A stretch of 20,854 nucleotides of DNA. Source: Leptolyngbyaceae cyanobacterium. Lineage in GTDB: Bacteria > Cyanobacteriota > Cyanobacteriia > Phormidesmidales > Phormidesmidaceae. The notes under the pieces were generated by a model. It searched no databases and was not told the DNA's origin. It saw only the letters and a program-made list of their open reading frames with translations. Shown here piece by piece: positions 17,682 through 20,854 of this stretch. How positions within the stretch are numbered: the first letter of the stretch is position 1; the number at the start of each line of letters is the position of its first letter. Position numbers and translations under genes: made by a program. Location of the stretch: NCBI GenBank assembly GCA_050331235.1, contig JBHJHA010000028.1, positions 1 to 20,854 on the forward strand, written 5' to 3'.

Positions 17682-19784
17682 CTAAACCCGAGCGTATTCT
17701 CCGGTAAGTTTATTCAACTGGTTGACCAATAGACTGAGAAATAGCCCCACGTCGGTGACGACACCAATCGACTCTAGCGAACCGCGATCGCTGAGCTTAG
17801 TGACCACAGCTGGGTTAATGTCAACGCAGACCATCTTGACTCCGGCCGGCGTCATATTACCGACCCCAATGGAGTGCAGCATCGTGGAAAGCATCAAAAT
17901 CAAGTCGGCCCCTTCGATCAGGCGGGCATATTCCACCTGAGCCCGAATTAAGTCCATCTGGGTATCGGGGAGCGGACCATCATCGCGGATGGAGCCAGCC
18001 AGGGCAAAAGGAACGGCGTTTTTGACGCATTCATACATCACTCCGCTTTGCAGTACCCCCTGTTCCACAGCAGCAGCGATGCTGCCACAGCGACGAATCG
18101 TGTTGATCGCTTTGAGATGATGGCGGTGCCCGCCGTGGACAGAAACGCCACGCTTCATATCCATACCAAGTGAGGTACCCATCATCGCTTGCTCAATGTC
18201 GTGAACGGCAATGGCATTGCCACCTAGCAAGGCGTGAATGTATCCTTCCCGGATGAGCGATCGCAAATGTTCGCTACCACCGGTGTGAATCACTACAGGA
18301 CCGGCAGTCACAACCACCTTGCCGCCCTGATCGCGAATGCGGCGGAGATCCCACGCGATTTGCTCAACGACGATTTCCACGCGCCGCTCACTCGACACCC
18401 CAGCCCCCATAAAGCTAAATTCCTCAGTTGAAGGCTTTTTCAACGTTGTAGTTGTGCGCTGGGTCCGGATGCCCTCGCTTCCCACGACGACCGACTCCCC
18501 AAGCTGAAGATCTCGCAAGAGTTTGCATCGCGCCACTGGACCATCAGGCGTCTGAGTGATGGCGATCGCGGCATCCATGCGCTGGGCCTGTACCGCAATC
18601 CATTGCCCCTCAATTAAAACTTCCGTTGGGTAAATGGCGGTCACATAGAAATCGTCTGGGGCTACTCCAACCTGCACCACCGGCTCTAAATGGGCATTCG
18701 CCGTTTGTTCAGAAGTAACCACCGCCCCAAGATCGACCAACTGCCCCATAATGTCTTCAATCACAGTGGCATCCGGGGCTGAGACCTTGACTTCGGCCTG
18801 GGATGTATCTTGTCGCTGCTCACCCAAAGTGAAATTTAACACCTGAAAGCTGCCGCCACCGGCCACAATGGTGTCTAAAGCTTGATTAACCAGCCCTGAG
18901 TCGAGCAAATGCCCTTCCAAATACACCACACGACTCTGCACCGATGACGCCTGAGGAGAAACCCGACGTGGTTCGGTCAGCCGGAGGGTAAGACATTTGG
19001 CCGCTCCCCCCGCCTTTAAAAACTCAGTCAGTGGTGTCTCGATCAGCTGAAAGCCTCGAGCCTGCAAAGTTGTCCTTAAACTATCGCTAGCTTGATTAAG
19101 CACAATAGTCTGGTCAACATTCACCGCATTGCAGGCAAAGTTAATCGCGTCTACTTCATCAATCGGAATCCGCTTATCGGCTGGAATACGTCGTTCAATC
19201 AAGTGATTGGAATAAGCGTCAAAGGCCGGTGGATAGTAGAGCAAGTCGCCATTGGTCAGCGGGCAAAAGCAGGTATCTAAGTGATAAAATCGGCGGTCAA
19301 TCAGCCGCAGTGAGAGCACTTCAACGTCTAACCACTGAGCTAAATAAGGATGCGCATCTAACTCAGTACGGAACCCATACCCGGCCCAGAGCCACTCACC
19401 TCCGCGATCCAGCAGGGCATCGCCCGCCCCTTCAAACGGCAAGCCAGGGGGCATGGTTTTAACGGTATATCCTTGCGCTTCAAACCATCGCTGAAAGTGA
19501 GGTTCCTCACCTTGACGTTCCGAGTGAAAGAATCGACTCAAGACAATTGTGTCGCTGAGCACTAATCCAGCATTCGCAGTAAAAACCATATCAGGCCAGC
19601 CTAACTGAGGCTCGACCAGCTCTATGGTGGCCAAATCTTTTAGGATGCGGTGTAGCTGCTCCCACTGCTCCTGGGCGCGATCGCGTGAAGAGCGGTGGAT
19701 ATTACCTTCCATCCAGGGATTAATTACGTAATCAACGTCGTAATGGTGCGGGGCGCACATCAAAATTCGCACAGGATTCGTCAT
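17682..19784 (-). CDS. argZ: Arginine dihydrolase / ornithine cyclodeaminase ArgZ (AgrE), amidinotransferase + TIGR00300-type domains
   Basis: 700 aa. INPWM, PDMVFTANAG, FEGAGD, FYHLDTCF, GGAAKCLTL (catalytic Cys), LEGHLLDSGL, VSSER, GNAIAVHDIE, AGSIRDDGPLPD, MLHSIGVGN. Confidence 0.93.
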   Translation of the reverse strand: MTNPVRILMCAPHHYDVDYVINPWMEGNIHRSSRDRAQEQWEQLHRILKDLATIELVEPQLGWPDMVFTANAGLVLSDTIVLSRFFHSERQGEEPHFQRWFEAQGYTVKTMPPGLPFEGAGDALLDRGGEWLWAGYGFRTELDAHPYLAQWLDVEVLSLRLIDRRFYHLDTCFCPLTNGDLLYYPPAFDAYSNHLIERRIPADKRIPIDEVDAINFACNAVNVDQTIVLNQASDSLRTTLQARGFQLIETPLTEFLKAGGAAKCLTLRLTEPRRVSPQASSVQSRVVYLEGHLLDSGLVNQALDTIVAGGGSFQVLNFTLGEQRQDTSQAEVKVSAPDATVIEDIMGQLVDLGAVVTSEQTANAHLEPVVQVGVAPDDFYVTAIYPTEVLIEGQWIAVQAQRMDAAIAITQTPDGPVARCKLLRDLQLGESVVVGSEGIRTQRTTTTLKKPSTEEFSFMGAGVSSERRVEIVVEQIAWDLRRIRDQGGKVVVTAGPVVIHTGGSEHLRSLIREGYIHALLGGNAIAVHDIEQAMMGTSLGMDMKRGVSVHGGHRHHLKAINTIRRCGSIAAAVEQGVLQSGVMYECVKNAVPFALAGSIRDDGPLPDTQMDLIRAQVEYARLIEGADLILMLSTMLHSIGVGNMTPAGVKMVCVDINPAVVTKLSDRGSLESIGVVTDVGLFLSLLVNQLNKLTGEYARV

Positions 19785-20103
19785 GCTTAACTCAGACTTG
19801 AAGGTGGTTTTCGGCGACAAACAACGCGGACAAACGGATCGAGATCAGCAGCAGGCTAGGATGTCACAAACCTAAAACTACTATCGACCAGAGGGCAACA
19901 ACAATGCGCCACTCAAAAGTTCTTTGCAAGGTCATCAATCCATAACTTGGGGGTGGGCTCAACCATTCCGTATCGGCTCACCTCAAGTCATCAATGAGGG
20001 CATTTATGCTCTTAGTAGCGCGACCATAGCAATGCTCAAACGCCCCAGTATGTAAACCAAAGCTGCAAAGCCTTGTCAATTCCTGACTTCGGAAGAGCAA
20101 CAA

Positions 20104-20337
20104 TTATTCTTTGATGTTTGGTAAGGGTTTCTCTAAATTAGCGAGGCCAACATTGAAGGAAATCCCGTAGGGGTTATCTACCTTAGTTGATGCTTTCCTG
20201 ATTTCCAAGCCAACTACACGACCATCCTCGTCATAGTCGAGCACTAAGCCCGGGGCAATTTGTGCGGTTTCCTCAATTACAGTTGTAACGAAGGCAATTT
20301 GCAAGATGTCTTTATCTTGGTCATAAACGACTTTCAT
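20104..20337 (-). CDS. DUF2283 domain small protein
   Basis: MKVVYDQDKDILQI...ETAQIAPGLVLDYDEDGRVVGLEIRKAS matches the DUF2283 pattern. ATG at 20337. Confidence 0.85.
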   Translation of the reverse strand: MKVVYDQDKDILQIAFVTTVIEETAQIAPGLVLDYDEDGRVVGLEIRKASTKVDNPYGISFNVGLANLEKPLPNIKE

Positions 20338-20469
20338 GCGAAAGTGTGTCCTTAATGATGGTGGCGAACCACTTGCCAAACTAAATTCACAAGGGCCGAA
20401 GCACTTAGCGAACTAATACTTTGCACTCCCAATTATAAACAGTCAGGGAAACAGGACTGAGCTAAAGAG

Positions 20470-20673
20470 CTAGCTTAACCCAAACTGATGGCTACGCATA
20501 TCACAGGCCTCAATAATTTTGGTTTTGCCAAAGTCACCCCCCTCTTCTGTAATCACTAAAATTCCTGCATCAAGGAAAAAATCTTTGTGTTTGGCTGCCT
20601 TCTTAATGGATGAGCACCTTCGAGGAGAGCGATCGCCTACCGCAATAGACGATACTCTTTGAGTCTTAACCAT
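20470..20673 (-). CDS. Possible small hypothetical protein
   Basis: Open frame (MVKTQRVSS...) fills the gap between the psbA terminator and DUF2283 in the same orientation. No recognised motif. Confidence 0.25.
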   Translation of the reverse strand: MVKTQRVSSIAVGDRSPRRCSSIKKAAKHKDFFLDAGILVITEEGGDFGKTKIIEACDMRSHQFGLS

Positions 20674-20732
20674 ATGCTGATTCTGGCTCACTGATTCAGC
20701 CGCAATCGCATCCCGATATCCCCTTCAAACGT

Positions 20733-20768
20733 AAAAAGCGCCCCCTCCGCGATGGAGAGAGCGCTTTT
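20733..20768 (-). terminator. Rho-independent terminator of psbA
   Basis: Minus strand AAAAGCGCTCTCTCC-ATCGC-GGAGGGGGCGCTTTTT. The two non-Watson-Crick positions are G-U pairs only in this orientation, and a U-tract follows. Confidence 0.85.
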
Positions 20769-20804
20769 GCTTAGGCAAACTCAGCGTAGCTGAACTATCG
20801 AGGA

Positions 20805-20854
20805 CTAGCCGATGATTTCGGGTGCCTCAGCAGCCGCTAGGTCGAGAGGGAAGT
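20805..20854 (-). CDS. psbA: Photosystem II D1 protein, 3' end (partial at window edge)
   Basis: Minus strand (A)AC TTC CCT CTC GAC CTA GCG GCT GCT GAG GCA CCC GAA ATC ATC GGC TAG = (N)FPLDLA-AAEAPEIIG*, the D1 C-terminal signature, followed by a strong terminator. Confidence 0.9.
   Translation of the reverse strand, partial: FPLDLAAAEAPEIIG

Larger units (their letters stand above)
742..20636. repeat. HIP1 octamer GCGATCGC, dispersed (about 28 copies)
   Basis: Seen at 742, 949, 1144, 1378, 3056, 3104, 3894, 7657, 8561, 9185, 9749, 9934, 11313, 11426, 11863, 12995, 13359, 13638, 14346, 15125, 16402, 16825, 17157, 17784, 18257, 18562, 19677 and 20629. Fewer than one copy is expected by chance. 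Confidence 0.95.

Noticed and set aside
1481..19462. Many antisense or nested ORFs in the track (e.g. 1481..1786, 2929..3252, 7839..8222, 8558..9040, 10037..10489)
   Set aside because: They are shadow frames of well-supported genes with no independent coding evidence.
19932..19995. GTCATCAAT direct repeat upstream of argZ
   Set aside because: Only two 9-bp copies 55 nt apart, which is compatible with chance. No canonical NtcA box was seen here.

Overview
Core-chromosome segment of a cyanobacterium. About 28 HIP1 octamers (GCGATCGC) were counted by eye, and psbA, gifB, argZ and menG are present. Left to right: gifB (IF17) behind a type-I glutamine (glnA) riboswitch and an NtcA box; 2H phosphoesterase; yciI-like gene and smpB; YihY/BrkB-like membrane protein; GHL10/DUF187 glycoside hydrolase converging on a GH57 branching enzyme; inositol monophosphatase; PucC/BCD MFS transporter; DJ-1/PfpI protein; msrA; TPR + CD225/dispanin-like protein; a 59-aa secreted tandem-repeat peptide missed by the ORF track; a TM-Cache-TM-HAMP receptor with no enzymatic output domain; a REC-GAF regulator; menG; argZ/agrE; a DUF2283 gene; and the 3' end of a psbA with a short, chloroplast-length (9 aa) C-terminal extension. 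No mobile element, CRISPR array, rRNA or tRNA was seen. The best candidate for an undescribed system is the 11.6-16.8 kb block (secreted repeat peptide, output-less receptor, output-less regulator, TPR-CD225). Family calls come from recalled motifs, not database searches.
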